This document shows positions 35,291 to 48,954 of a stretch of 64,000 nt of DNA, piece after piece. Position 1 is the first letter of the stretch. Every line of letters starts with the position of its first letter. The translations under genes and the position numbers were made by a program. The DNA comes from Leucoraja erinacea. Lineage: Eukaryota. Below the pieces are notes generated by a model. It saw nothing but the letters and a program-made list of their open reading frames with translations. It did not search any database and had not been told where the DNA came from. The stretch is taken from the NCBI RefSeq assembly GCF_028641065.1, contig NC_073402.1, positions 21,948,001 through 22,012,000 of the forward strand, in the 5' to 3' direction.

Positions 35291-35918
35291 TATAAATCAT
35301 GTTCCAATTGGAAATTTACTATGTTTATTATAAGCTGGATCATGAATTGTGTCTAGTATTCACAAACGGAGCAATTCCTTAATTTGCCCGTGTTCCTTTA
35401 TCATACAAAGTCAGGATGAGTATACTATTATAGGCAACTGAAGATCATTGCAGATTGTAAACTTGCTGCTAATCTCATCTCCTAAAATGTATTTAAATCT
35501 AGTCAAGAATTTATTTTTAAAAACAGTGGAGCCTGTACCTTTTTTTGAAAAAGCCACATGCAATATGAGGCATTTTCCATATTATCTCGTGCTTGAGCTG
35601 TCTATGTATCATGGTGGCATATTTTGCACTAGAAATAATTTAACACATTTTATAATTAATGTCATCAAATCTTGAACCAGACTATTGACATTATGAGCTA
35701 ATTTCTATGGTACAATTTACAAACCTTAATCAAATTTCAGTTCTATTTTATACGAGTCCACTTTAGTGAATCTTCCACAATTCAAATAAATCTCTTTCAA
35801 TTCACCTGATAAAGTGCCATATTTAAGGCCATGAATATGTCTCTGGTTCAGGTTTGCTATGTTTGATTAGAACAGTCTGATAGAATCAATGGAATAACTT
35901 TTATTGGATTTTCTTTAG

Positions 35919-35947
35919 CTGAGAAGTGGAGGCTTGGTATATACTGA
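35919..35947 (+). CDS. AK2: Candidate AK2 alternative last exon (AK2B-like, ...AT-SEKWRLGIY*)
   Basis: Internal donor ACAT|gtaagg at 34077, pyrimidine-rich ttttctttag acceptor at 35918, phase compatible, repeat-free UTR-like tract to AATAAA at 36678. Confidence 0.5.
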
Positions 35948-38264
35948 GCAAGATGACCTCTGTCTTCATCCTTGCTGGAACTTCTGATCATCTCCCCCTC
36001 AAATTGTCATCAAGGACTATAGGACCAGGACAATCTTGTATTTGTTATACAGTTTTATTTTTTAAGAAATTAGAATAGCAAAACTAAAGTAGCTATGCTA
36101 ACATATAAGGTAAAAAAGACCTAGATGGAAAACCAGACCATTTGTTATTTTGTAAACATGTGAAATGCCAACTGCTTGTCTTCTCCATTGGTGCTGAATT
36201 GTTTCTAGATTTTAAATCACTTTTTTTATAAGTAAACACCGCCCCTCCCCAGAGCTTACCCCAATTTTTAGTGATTTGGTTAAACATTTGTAAAAACAAG
36301 ATCAAGATGCCATTTTATTTTGAGTTTCATTCCATTTTTTTGAGAAACCACAATGGCATTAGATTATTCTTGGCATCCTATTCTTAGGGCTTTAAGACCT
36401 TCAGACACCCACCAGCCTAGACTAGAGTTACCTCTTCTTCACTACCATTCTACTGTACAACGGGGAATTTGGTTGTTCAGTAAGTTGTACCTTGTTCTGT
36501 TAGATCCAAGAGCAAATTTACCTTTAGCATAAATACAATCTTGATTGTACTTGGAGACTTTTTTTCCTAAAATCTACTTTTCCAATTAATGTAATTTTTT
36601 TGCATAATTGAGAACATAATACCTTTTTGTATGTTAGAGACTATGTTTTAAGAATTTGCTCTGCTGTATTTTGTAAAAATAAAGGCTAACCAAAGGTGGT
36701 TATTCATTTTGTAGTATTTAAATTCATTTAAGTATGTCTCAATCAAAAAATCTGATTCCATTGAGCTTTTAAAACATGTGAATTGCTACATGATAAGACA
36801 AAGTCAATAATTCTAATCCAATTTCCAATAGATTGAATAATGTTACAAAAATAGATGCTAGAAATCTAAAACAAAGCTAAATTCTGGAAATATTCAGCGA
36901 GTCAGGCAACATTGGTAGATAGAAATACTTAGCAATTATTTTTGATACATTTCATCAAAACTAGGAATAGTTAAAAATAGGCAGGTTTTAAAATGCAAAG
37001 ACAATAAAGAGTAATGTGAGAAATAAATCAAAACTCAAGGATAGAGTGGAAGACAGGAGAGATTAAATGACAGCTCAAAGTATCAAAAGTAGAAATGCAG
37101 AATAAATCTTTGAAATGACCCAATGAATTTGAAAGGATCTGAGATGAAAATGCTGGATGTGCTTAACTAAGCAATGGTCTTTATTCTGTCTTCACCTTGG
37201 GTATTTCCACTATTTATATATTATTTTAGGCATTTGGGAACATTATTTTTGCCTACCAGAGGACCTGCTCCTCATCCACCTGGCATTGACATCAATAACT
37301 ATTTGACAAAGCAGAACATAAAAAAATTAGCAGTATTAGATAGAATAAATAGTCTTTTACTATCATCTGACCCCAGCATGTACCTTCCCATTGTGTTGCA
37401 TACTATTGTCGTGACATTAAGATATATTCGTATGTACTCTTGCACAAAGTGACAAACATGCTTACAAAATACATGTCTTTGAATGTTTAGCAAGTTAGGA
37501 GTTAATGAAGTTGAAATTTAAAGACTTGTTGTGCCTCCATATGTTTACTTTTTTTTTAAAACTTTTATTTCCAAACATTTTTAAAAATTGGCTACTTATT
37601 TCAGTTGCCAAGCTAAATACTGTGCTAGAAGGTTGGTGGGCATGATCAGACTCTAAAACCTTGCTGAGGTGATGAAATGTTTTGGCACTATACCTTGTGG
37701 CTTTATCCTCAATTTGTTTCCGAATCTGCAATACGACTTGAAATAGCTGAAAATACTAGTTTGTTGCTGTTGCCGTTTTAGTGAGGGTTGTCGTGAGAGT
37801 TAATGAGCTTTCCATACAGTGAGCTTTAAATATTAAATCCTGAGTGCAACTCATCTTTCTCTTTTCTCCCTTCATTCTCACAAGGGAATTGTTTTGTGAG
37901 AACCATGACCGACACATCTTCTTCGGAACATATAATGGCCCTTTCCCAATGGCTGCTCTTTAAGTCGGGTAGCTACATATGTTAGTAATTGGTAATGATA
38001 ATCACTGTTATCTGTACAGAGCACTAAACTGCGGAAGGTTGGAGGGCATTAGTGACCAATATCTCATAGTGCATTAAGAAACAATCCCTTTGTCAGATTT
38101 CTTTCCCCTTCGAATCTTGGATTACAATTGCATTTTCTTGAACCAATAATTCAGTAAATTAATTCGTTAATTTTCAGTTGCTCTCTTTCATCAAAGCAAT
38201 AAGTAGTGGAAATCTGCAGTTATATAGTGCTTTTCAGAAATGTTTTTTACAAAACACTTCATAA

Positions 38265-38394
38265 CTGTGGCGGACTGGCCCATGGTGTCAGTTTGCCCGA
38301 TGGCAAGTGGGCCCCCTATATCAAGTGGGCCCCTGATGAAGTGGGCCCCCTTTGTCTCCTGGCAACCAATATTTTTAGACCCAGTCCGCCACTG
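38265..38394. mobile_element. 130-bp hAT-like MITE
   Basis: TIR CTGTGGCGGACTGG / CCAGTCCGCCACTG, flanking TTCATAA(C) duplication, three internal AAGTGGGCCCC. Confidence 0.8.
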
Positions 38395-38749
38395 TTCATA
38401 ACCATAACTTTTTGAGTACTGGCATGTAAAATTTGCTTTATGGATTACCACTATTTAAAATCACCTCAATCTAAAATACAAATGTAATAAAGGGAAGAAT
38501 AGGGCAGTGAAATCTGAAACATAAAATTTACATTCTAATAGTTTGAATACACATTTTTGTTATCCATTTTTTTAAATTGAAACCTTTTTAAGATGCATTT
38601 TAGTTCCTCAAACTAAAGAAGAAAAAAAACATTAAAAAGGTGGCTTTTGGGGTAGAAGCATTTATTCCGAAGAAAGATGCCTGTCGTGCAAGGAACATTT
38701 AGCCTACAAATACGAACCTAGGTAACCAAGAGTGTTTAATTATAATACA

Positions 38750-39680
38750 CATCGGATATGAATCAGAACATTTAAATTCTTGCTTGCTGCAGCTTTACAG
38801 GCACATTAGACGCAGTAACAAAAAAAATAAACATACATTAAATTATCAGTTACTCAATATTAACTAGATCATAGTGCAAAAACCAAAGTAGGTCGGCAAG
38901 CCACAATAGTGTAAAATTCATCGAGGCTCGATACTGAGGTAGAGTTGCAGTTGGGTTGTGCAAAATGGTTTAAGAACCTGATGATTGATGGGAAGAAGCC
39001 GTTCTTGAACCTGGAGATAACAGTGCCCAGGCTCCTTTGTCACCTTCCTGATGTCTTTGATGTTAACTTTCTTTGAGGCAGTGTTTCTTGTAGATTCTTT
39101 CAATGATAGGGAGATCAATATCCTTGATGCAGTGGGAAACGGCCACCACTTTCTGCAGCGTCCTTTGTTCTTGAGCTTTTGAATTTCTGAACCAGACTGA
39201 TGCTACAAGTCCGTATGCTCTCCAACATACACCTGCAGAAGTTCAGTAGTGTGGTGATATACTCAGGAAGTAGACGCATTGGTGAGCTTCCTTTGCAATT
39301 TCTTTAATGTCCTGGACAGATCATCAGATATACGTACACCCAGGAGCTTGAGGCTCTTAACACTCCGCAACTGAAGATAAGTGCATGGTCTCTCCGCTTT
39401 CCCTTCCTGAAATCAAAGATCAGCCTGGTCTTGATATTGAGAACAAGGTTGTTGTTCTGGCACCACTCGACCAGTTTGTTGATCTTCCTGTATTCTTGGC
39501 TCATCGTTATTCATCTAAAGACAGTGATATCATCAGCAGATTTATAGATCGTGTTGGAACACAGTGTATCCTCTCAGTCATGGTTATGGAGAGAGAATAG
39601 AGTATGGGGACTGAGCACAGTGCCCTAAAGTGTCGCGGCGCTGAAGATCATTGAGGTGCTTGTTGCCAATCCATAATGAT
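38750..39680 (-). mobile_element. Degenerate Rex/Babar-like LINE
   Basis: LVEWCQNNNLVLN..K..LIFDFRK RT motif. Confidence 0.7.
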
Positions 39681-39825
39681 AATTGAGGACTTAAATGGTG
39701 TAATTACATTAGGTGGCAACACAAGGCTGTCTGTTCTGCAGCAAATGTAGTTGAGTATCTGGTGTTCCTTCTGGCTGGCAATCCCAATCCAGAAACGTCA
39801 CTTTACTTTCCATGTCATTCCTTGT

Positions 39826-40198
39826 TAGAAACATAGAAAATAGGTGCAGGAGTAGGTCATTCGGCCCTTCGAGCCTGCACCGCCATTCAATATGATCATG
39901 GCTGATCATCCAACTCGGTATCCCGTACCTGCCTTCTCTCCATACCTCCTGATCCCTCTAGCCACAAGGGCCACATCTAACTCCCTCTTAAATATAGCCA
40001 ATGAACTGACCTCAACCACCTTCTGTGGCAGAGAGTTCCAGAGATTCCCCACTCTCTGCGTGAAAAATGTTTTTCTCATCTCGGTTCTAACGGATTTCCC
40101 CTCTATCCTTAAGCTGTGACCCCTTGTCCTCGACTTCCCAAACATCGGGAACAATTTTTCTGCATCTAGCCTGTCCAATCCCTTAAGAATTGTGTAAG
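39826..40198 (-). mobile_element. CR1/HER1 LINE 3' end
   Basis: ILKGLDRLDAEKLFPMFGKSRTRGHSLRI..LWNSLPQ; agaaacatagaaaat tail. Confidence 0.85.
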
Positions 40199-40404
40199 TT
40201 AGTAAGAACATGCAAATTAGTTCAACAGTATCAATATGAGTTTTGAAAGAAAAGTAGATAAGTTTCTTTTGAAGAAATGCAAAATCCGCACTGACTCCTG
40301 GAAACCTTTTGCCCATAAGAAAGTAGAAAAGTATCTCAATCAATTCCTGGACTTCATACATCTGTCTTATGTTGAACATGTAAATTAATGTAAAACTAAA
40401 ATTT

Positions 40405-40870
40405 CTTGCTGCTCCTCCAATTTGCATTTAGCCGCACTCTGACAATGGAGGGGACCGAGGTCAGAACAGCATCTCATATTTCGCTTTGGCAGCTTACAGC
40501 CCAGTGGTTTGAATATTGATTTCTCTCACTTCTGGTATCCGCGGCATTCCCTCTCTCTCTCTCTCTCTCTCTATCCCTCCCCACCCAAGTCGCACTAGCT
40601 TCTCATTTTCACCTTACAAGCAACTTACGATGCCCTGTTTCCTTTATCATTGTTACTTTTTTGCATATCTTTCATTCGTTGTTCTCTATCTCTCCCCATC
40701 ACCATCTATATCTTTCGTTTCCCTTATCCCTAACCAGTCTGAAGAAGGGTCTCGACCCCAAACATCACCCATTTCTTCTCTCCAGAGATGCTGCCTGTCC
40801 CACTGAGTTACTCTAGCTTTTTGTGTCTATCTTTGGTTTAAACCAGCATCTGCAGTTCCTTCTTACACAT
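40405..40870 (+). mobile_element. Penelope-derived tail repeat
   Basis: EQHLIFRFG remnant; ctgaagaagggtctcgaccc at 40739. Confidence 0.75.
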
Positions 40871-42137
40871 TTAGTAATTGGGGTATTAGTTTACAATATT
40901 AACATTATGTCATTACACACCTCTGTGTACCGCATGTATTTGGTGGTGTACCAAGTTACATGATGAATTGATACCATTGTGGATCTCGTCAGTCAAGGAG
41001 CTCAGGATGTGAAGAGCAAATCCTTTTCTCGTCTTGGATGTACTTAACCCTCTTTTTTATTTCATTTCAGCAAACTGAAACTTATGCTGCCAGAGTTTTT
41101 CAAACCACAATGTGCCAAGTGATCAAGTTAGTCAATGCTTACATGATATGGTGGGGGTATAAGTGCGATTCAGTACTTACATTCATTTAATAGGCCGAGT
41201 AAATATAAGGTGTGGATTCAGTGCTAAAACCGATCAATTTATTGAACTCTTGCATTTTTATGGATTATATAAATGGATGGCAAGCGATCATCTGGAATAC
41301 ACACAACCAAATTTGTGAGAAGACTGACTCAATTGCTGATAATCTTTTCCTGTTGCCTTATCAATATTACACATTGCCTTAGGGTGAACTGCGTGGCTGT
41401 TCATGTACCAAATAAAGATAATCTTTTGTGTTGTTGTGAATGATGGTACAATAAATAGATTTTTAATCATTTACTGTGGTGCTTTAGTTCAGTCCTGATG
41501 TTGCATGCAAGGCTTCATGAGGCTTAATGCACCTTCCATGAAGCAAATAATCCACACATTATTAAATTGAATATAATTTCATACCTTGTATATGATAGAC
41601 TAAGAGTCATCAACAGTTTCTTTCCATTCCATGTTGTTACTATGGTTTGCATCAGTCCCATGTACAATGGTATTTCATCAGAGGTAGACAAAAGTGCTAG
41701 AGAAACTCAGCGGGTGCAGCAGCATCTATCGAGCGAAGGAAATGGGCAAAGTTTCGGGCCGAAACCCTTCCTCAGACTGATGTACATCAGTATTTCTTTG
41801 AATGTTTCAGTCCCTAAGTTGTGAGGCAGTTTACTGAATCCAGCAGTGCAAACCTCCTCCAATTGAATATTGGGAAAACTAATCCATAGGCTGGATCTGC
41901 TGACCAATAAATTGCCCAGGTTGGTCTGCTGTTACCTTGCATGGGCCCATTGTAATAGAAGCAAGTTCATTTGGTTTATAGTGTACCAAGGTACAGTGAA
42001 AAGCTTTGGTCCAACAGCCGCTGTCTCCAGACTAACACGTTTGTGTCTCCGATCTTCACAATTTTAAAAGCTCGGAAAAGATGGCATATATTTAAGTATT
42101 TTTCCAGTAGCAGGTATGAATTCTACCTAAAATCAGC

Positions 42138-42436
42138 CCAGTGGCACAACTGGTAGAACTACTGCCTCACAGCACCAGAGACCCAGGTTCAATCCTCAGG
42201 TGCTGTCTGTGAGGACTATGCAAGTTCTCCCTGTGACCCTGTGGGTTTGCTCCGGTTTCCTTCCACACATCACAAAGATGAGTGGGTTTGTAGATGAATT
42301 GGCCTCTATAAATGGGCCCTAGTGTGTAGGGAGTAGATGAGAAAGTGAGATAACGGCCTAGACGTATGTGAACAGGTGATTGATGTTCAGCTTAGACCTG
42401 TTGGGCCAAAGACCCTGTTTCTCCAAATATCTCTGA
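42138..42436 (+). mobile_element. Degenerate HE1-like SINE
   Basis: cagtggcacaactggtaga..cagcaccagagacccaggttc. Confidence 0.7.
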
Positions 42437-43559
42437 ACCATCCTAAATAGTGGGCTCCAACAGGTCAGAAATTAGCTGAGAAACCTATATACAAGGTTGC
42501 ACTCTTCCACAGGTCTTTTCTTTAGTCACTGAGTTTAATCTAATCAACGCTCTGAAAGTGAACAAGATGGTTTCCAAAATCATAGTCCAAGGCTCACTGT
42601 GGGAGCTCAATTATGCCAATGTATCCATCCCATTTTAAGACCACACAATTCCATCTCCATGACTGCCTCAATCAATTTACTGACAAAACCCACATCTATG
42701 GCAATATTATTGGTGCCATTTGTTCCATCGAACAATCCATCCTGGCCAATTTTTGTAATACTTTCAATATTCTCAAGTGCTATTTTCTGATTAGCATTGC
42801 CCCATTCCTCATGCGTTAACTCCTGGTGGGGGGGAAACAAACTTTTCCCAAATCCCTTCTAGCCGTGGTTCCCCCAGGCCCTCAATCCTCCCACTTATTT
42901 GCTTTATCATGCGTGATTTAAAAAAAAAAGTGTTATCATTGCCTGCCTTCCATAGGAGCTTGAGACTGGATCTGGAATATCAAGTACTGTACGGGTTAGA
43001 TTCGCCACCTTAAGGAAGGATATGCTCATGACAGCATTTGTGCAAAGAAGGTTCGTCAGAGTGATTCCTGAGTAATTATTATTCACATCAGTAACAGTTA
43101 CATTAATGATTTCATCATTGAAGACCTAATGTTTAGTCTTATGCCCAACTTGTTCACAGAATCTCAGAATGGTACAACTATTGAAGGAGGTGATTTGGCC
43201 TGTTGAGTCCATGCATGTTTTATTTAATAAAAATCCAATTAGTCATCCTTTTTTTCTAAGCCCTGCAAAAAAGGTTATTTTCAGATTCCCAGGTTGCTTT
43301 TGAATGTTATCATTGAATCTGCCTTGCACTCTTACCCTCGGCTTTATATTCCAGATCGTAACATCTCACTGTGTGAAGCAATTTCTCCTCGTGCAGTGTT
43401 TTATCTTTGGATAAAGACTTGTTCTTTCAGATTTTCAGTTACCTCGTATTTCATGGTATCATTTGACAGACTAAGTTTTCTGTCAGTGTCGCAGTCGGGC
43501 ATGGTGACGGGACATCTTTACAGTGATCTCCATCCTCTTGTAGGTTTCTGTGCCCAGAA

Positions 43560-44030
43560 CTACAAACAGACATCTCAAAGCACTAGAGAAACACCACCAA
43601 AATCCACCAAATTCACCAGAAAGATAAACTCACCAGTGGCAAGCTAACATCTGGACCATGCATTAAGGCCCAAGTTGCAGTAGGCAGGCCATGTTATTCA
43701 CATGTCTGACCCCAGTATCCTGAAACAGACACTATTCTGAACTCTTGTCAGAGGAAATTATCAGGCAGATGGAAAATATAAAGCAGGATCAATCTCAAAG
43801 TTTCTTTGAAGAAATGCAACATCCGTACTGACTCCTGCAAATCTCTTGCCCATAAGAAAGCGCATTTGGTAAAGAGAACCCCTCAGCTATGCATCACCTC
43901 ACAATCTGCTTGCTTGACTATAGCATCAGTCTATACCATTATCTGTGGAAGAGTCTACAGTTCACATGTTGACCTCGCCTACCACCTCCAAACACACAAA
44001 ACTGGAGTGGTAGCGACTTATCCTTGATCA
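43560..44030 (+). mobile_element. Old RTE-clade LINE fragment
   Basis: Remnant L..AGHVI.M...ILKQTLF...LK.SLKKCNI; related short piece at about 40260-40322. Confidence 0.5.
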
Positions 44031-44129
44031 CAAATGGATAGTCTAAGGCAGAAGATTAATATGCTCCTCGGCCACTGTGTGTGGTTGTTTTGCACGTCAA
44101 TTCACAGTAACATGTAAGCTGCTTCTGGA

Positions 44130-44880
44130 GTTAAGGTTTGCTTCCATGCACATTGAAGTGGTGGAGGAGGTTTCTCAAACAGGAGGTCTGTGACATTCCA
44201 CAAGAACCCATGCTAGGACTTCTGTTTGTAATGTATAGAAATAATTTGGATTAAAAAGTTAATGTTCCGATTAGGAAGTTTGCAAATGGCAGGAAATGGA
44301 TGGAGTTGTATTTAGTGAAGAAGTTTATCAAAGGATAGAGTTAAATTAAAAATGTGGGCAGAGAAATGTCATTTGGAGTTTAATCTGGACAAGTGTGAGG
44401 TGATGCATGGTGGGAGGTCAAATGCAAGAGAGGCATTTGGGAGCTTTGGTATGCAGAGGGATCTTTGTTGTGAGTTCATAGCTCCCTAAAAGGGTCAACA
44501 GAAGTGGATAGGATGGTAAAGGAGCCATACAGGATGCTTGCCTTCATCAGTTGAGTAATAAAGTTGGCAAGTCATGTTCCAGCTGATTAAAGCTTAGATT
44601 AGGCCACATTTTAATGTGTGCAATTCTGGTTACCACTCTATAGGAAGGAAAGTTTTGGCAAATGTGCAGAAGAGGTTCATCAAGCTATGGCCTGGATGAA
44701 GGAGCCATGAGGAGAGGTTGGACAAATTTGGAGTGTCTTCCCTAGAGCTAATAGAATAGGGTGACCTAATATAAAAATTATCAGAGACATAGTTCGGGTA
44801 GATGGTCAATCATTTTCCCAGGGTAGAAATGTCAAATGTTGGAGCGCATTGCTTAAGGTGAAAGGGAGAAAGATTAGGTC
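44130..44880 (+). mobile_element. Degenerate CR1 LINE
   Basis: RT and C-terminal remnants (gagtttaatctggacaagtgtgaggtgatgcat). Confidence 0.7.
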
Positions 44881-45266
44881 ACATTTGATTTACAAAATAA
44901 ATTATCTTTCCTTTTGTATCTTGCTTAATCTTATATCTTGCTTAATTCTGCACCACTCATTCAATTCAGAGACACAAATAATTTACTGCAGTTAGTCAAT
45001 CCTTTCCTTTGACTTGAGTGTAGACAATATTCCCTCACTGAAATCAGATAAATAATTAAATGGGGAAAAAACAATCCTATCTTCTGTGCTGGTGCCAAAT
45101 AGGTTGAAATAAAACTGGTTTCTGTTTTGGCAGTGAGAGGGAGTGGAATAAGTCTTATAAGTGATCATCGGCCACTGTGTTTAGTGGAAGTGTTTAGTTT
45201 AGTGGAAGTGCATGGATTGAAACCCCACCAATCCTCTTGGCCAAATGTAGCTTTCATTGGTCCTAT

Positions 45267-45834
45267 AGGGTGATTTCACTAAAGGTCACTGGAGCGTAGA
45301 TCCGCACCCACGTGACCAAAAATCTCAAGTGGAGGACATTCTAGAGTTCCGGTACATGTTAGTGGATGGGAAAACACGCACTTTCCCACCCGTTAAAAAC
45401 ATAGAAAATGGCCAGGTTTTGATCAGCAATTTACTGTGCCAGTCGGGGTGACCGTGCGGCACAGCTACCTAGATTTACAGGAGAAAAAAAAGATAGAAAC
45501 TAAGGTAAATTAAAGAGGGAGCTGAAGGTGCCAATCCAGCGGAAGTGAACAGCCGACATTTGCCGTGGAGATTTAAAGGTCCAAAATATCGGGAATTATC
45601 GCGTTTGCTCGCTGAATTTCATCAAAAGTAAGGCATTATTGACTCACGGTCACCCCGACTGGCACAATAAATTGCAGATCAAAACCTGGCCGTTTTCTAT
45701 GTTTTTAACGGGTGGGAAAGTGCGTGTTTTCCCATCCACTAACATGTACCGGAACTCTAGAATGTCCTCCACTTGAGATTTTTGGTCACGTGGGTGCGGA
45801 TCTACGCTCCAGTGACCTTTAGTGAAATCACCCT
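45267..45834. mobile_element. MITE with about 190-bp near-perfect TIRs
   Basis: Arms 45265-45456 and 45645-45836 are reverse complements with about 3 mismatches; AT (or TA) flanking duplication. Confidence 0.9.
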
Positions 45835-48454
45835 ATTCATGACTTATAGCATCAATGCTGTCTTTTGAATGGGTGGTTGAACTGAACTATGCAATCTTAC
45901 CTCAGATAAAGAGCACCCCATTGTGTTATTGACACGAAGAACAGGAGAGTTTCTTTTGGTATCCTGTCCTGCATTCTACATCCAACACCACTGACTGTTC
46001 TGCACCTCCTTGTGAGTTGTTGGTCTTTGCTGAGTGAACGGTGATGATCATATTTTCCGTGCGTTGCTAAAGTGATTATGGAGACGTGGGTAGCTCAGGA
46101 AAGGTACAATATTGACCCAAGTTTTACTATTCCTTCCAATGATATCAAAGGACATAGAAAATAGAAACATAGAAAATAGGTGCGGAAGGAGGCCATTTGG
46201 CCCTTCGAGCCAGCACCGCCATTCATTGTGATCATGGCTGATCATTCAAGATTCAAGAAAGTTTATTGACATGTGTCCCAGATAGGACAATGAAATTTAG
46301 TAACCCGTGCCTGCCTTCTCCCCATAATCCCTTGATTCCGCTAGCCCCTAGAACTCTATTTAACTCAAAATGCCTAGTTTTGCCAATTTTCCTTGGTCGA
46401 AGAAAAAATGTTTAGGTTTTAATAACCGGTATTGAAAGTTCAACCCAATCAACCAGATGCATTAACACAATATCTTCAACAAAAACAAAATCAAAACAAA
46501 AAACGTTTGATACGTCTTGTAGGAGGTCAGGCAGCTTCAAAAGAGAGAGATGCCTTTGATGCCAGCTCTTAGCTGGAGTCTCCAGTGTTCCAGACTAATA
46601 AAACAGGGTGGTTCTCCTCCTGCAATTACAAATGGGCTGGGACTGCGCTCTAGGCTCCAGGTAAGCTGGCTAGCGCGTCTCTGCCACGGGTTAAATAGAT
46701 ATATTATTACCAGCCCTCTCTGTGTATGTGTTTGGAGCTGCAAAAACCCGCAGGCAAACTGCACCTTAGCTCCTGGTCTCGGCAAGCGGGCCACCTCTGC
46801 AAGGAGGAGCTGAATAGTGCCGTTATGTGGCTTTCTCAGTAGCATGCCGATGGGGTCTTCTTGATGATCAAAAATAGGAAGTCGGTTTTCCATTTCCATT
46901 GAGAGTGGTGCAGGGGATTTACACCAAAGCGGCGGAATTCCGCACAAAACCGCTGCGTCCTTCCTGAAAGGAATTTCCTTTGTGACGTTCACCGGGAATT
47001 GCGCATCTGCAGATATTCAATTGGCATGATATATGGCAGAGCATCTTGTTCCAGAATGAACCAGCAGGATGGCTGGTGTCGGTGGGCAGTGTTGATCTAA
47101 CCTAATCAAAGCATTTGCTGCAGCCCTCCATTCCCGGCACAGTCAGGGTAAGTGAAAGCTCTGTATATGGGGTTTTATTAAATAACTGGAACCCGTGCAA
47201 TAAAATAATGCATGTCTTTGATTGTTACTGCGATATGTTGGGAAAGTGCTGCAGTTTACCCGGCGCCTTTCCAGTTCATTCAATCGCTCCAGTAGCTGAA
47301 AAATCTCCACATTTACCAAATGCAATGCACTCCATTATTTTCTCTCTCACCCAGGAGGCAAAAGGCTACAGAATACTCGATTCTACCCATGCAAGAGTTT
47401 TTTTATTTAGGAAAAAATGACTATATTAAAAATGCAAACGTATGCAAATCTAACCTAATCAAATGCAAATGTAAACGTTTTCGAATTCATTTGCTTGCAA
47501 TTTAAAAAAAAAATACAAGCCTGCCTTTGCATTTTCTCCATTCTTTATTCATGTTTTAGGTCCTCCACTTATTAAAATAGAGACTGGCTGATGAATAGAT
47601 ATATGTGTTTTGGGGGTAAAGGTTTATACTTCTGAAGTATAACTATATATATCATGTTTGCATCTGAGCTACCTGCACTGAAGTCAAGAATTAGTTGCAT
47701 GAATCTCAGGTTTCTTCACGCACAAATAGATTTTCATGGGTAGGAGTTAGACTGCCTGAAACTCCTATTAGCGTGCACTGATTTTGAGAGCTGTGCTCTC
47801 TGGTTTGTATTAGAATGAGGACAGTTGTCTGTTCGGCTCTACATGTATAAAGAAAGGGAGTGTCTAACTGTTTGGGAATATGTCCTGGTTTAAAGTGACA
47901 TACCCCGGATATGCTACGTCTCAACAATAGCAATTTTATGTTATGACATAACTACTTTAAATAGCACAAAACTATCTAAAAATACAGAACTGCATTGCGT
48001 TAGTGTATTCCACCATCCCTCCGGATTGTATTAAGAGGATACTTTGCAAGCTTGTGCTGTGCATGTGGCTCGCCGTTTTCTCCTTTGAGAGAAGAGGGGG
48101 CATTTAAGAAATTCATGCAAGATTTTCTCATTCTATTTCATATTTTACTTATGACCGTACAGACCATTGAATCTGTGCTGGTACTTAAAACAATCCCTTA
48201 AATCCCCAGTTATTCCCCTGTAATCTGTTCTCTCTCACATGCCTGATCACTCCCTCCTGTTTCTCTTACCAACACCAAAGGAGCGGCAGGGTGGCGCAGC
48301 GGTAGAGTTGCTGCCTTACAACGCCAGAGACGCGGGTTCAATTCTCCGGGTGCTCCGATTTCCCCTCACACTCCACAAAACGTGTAGGTTAATTGGCTGT
48401 GGTAAAAAATTGAAAATGGGTCCAATTTTCAATGGCCAGTTAAGTCAAGTTAAT

Positions 48455-48938
48455 TTTATTTCTATAGCACATTTAAAAGCAACTCTCATTGACCAAAGTG
48501 CTTTACATTGGTGCAGGTACTAACTTGCTGCAAACAGTCGTACATAGATCAACAATACATACATAAATACATACAGCGCTCCCTCAGAGGACCTCAAGAA
48601 AGGCTTGAGAGAAGAAATAAGTTTTAAGTCTAGACTTAAAAGAGTCGATGGAGGGGGCAGTTCTGATGGGAAGAGGGATGCTGGTCCACAGTCTAGGTGC
48701 TGCAACCGCAAAAGCGCGGTCGCCCCTGAGCTTATGCCTGGACCGCGTGATGGCCACTAACCCCAAGTCGGCCGATCTGAGGGACCTTGAAGTGGTGAGG
48801 TGGGAAAGCAGATTTTTGATGTAGGTGGGGGCGAGCCCGTTAAGGGCTTTGTAAACAAAAAGAAGGAGCTTGAAATTGATTCGGAACCGCACTGGGAGCC
48901 AGTGGAGAGAGGCCAGAATCGGGGTGATGTGGGTTCGA
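48455..48938 (-). mobile_element. L2-clade LINE 3' fragment
   Basis: HITPILASLHWLPVRFRINFKLLL..GDRAFAVAAPRLWTSIP..FKSRLKTYFF. Confidence 0.88.
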
Positions 48939-48954
48939 GAAGGTGGCTCGAGGA

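Noticed and set aside
37495-37972. Possible minus-strand terminal exon or ORF
   Set aside because: No recognisable homology and no partner exons found
46937-47030. ATT CCG CAC AAA as a possible AUU-initiated uORF of the ODC/AZIN type
   Set aside because: The peptide lacks the basic run and the PPW motif of that uORF family, and no ODC-like exons are seen
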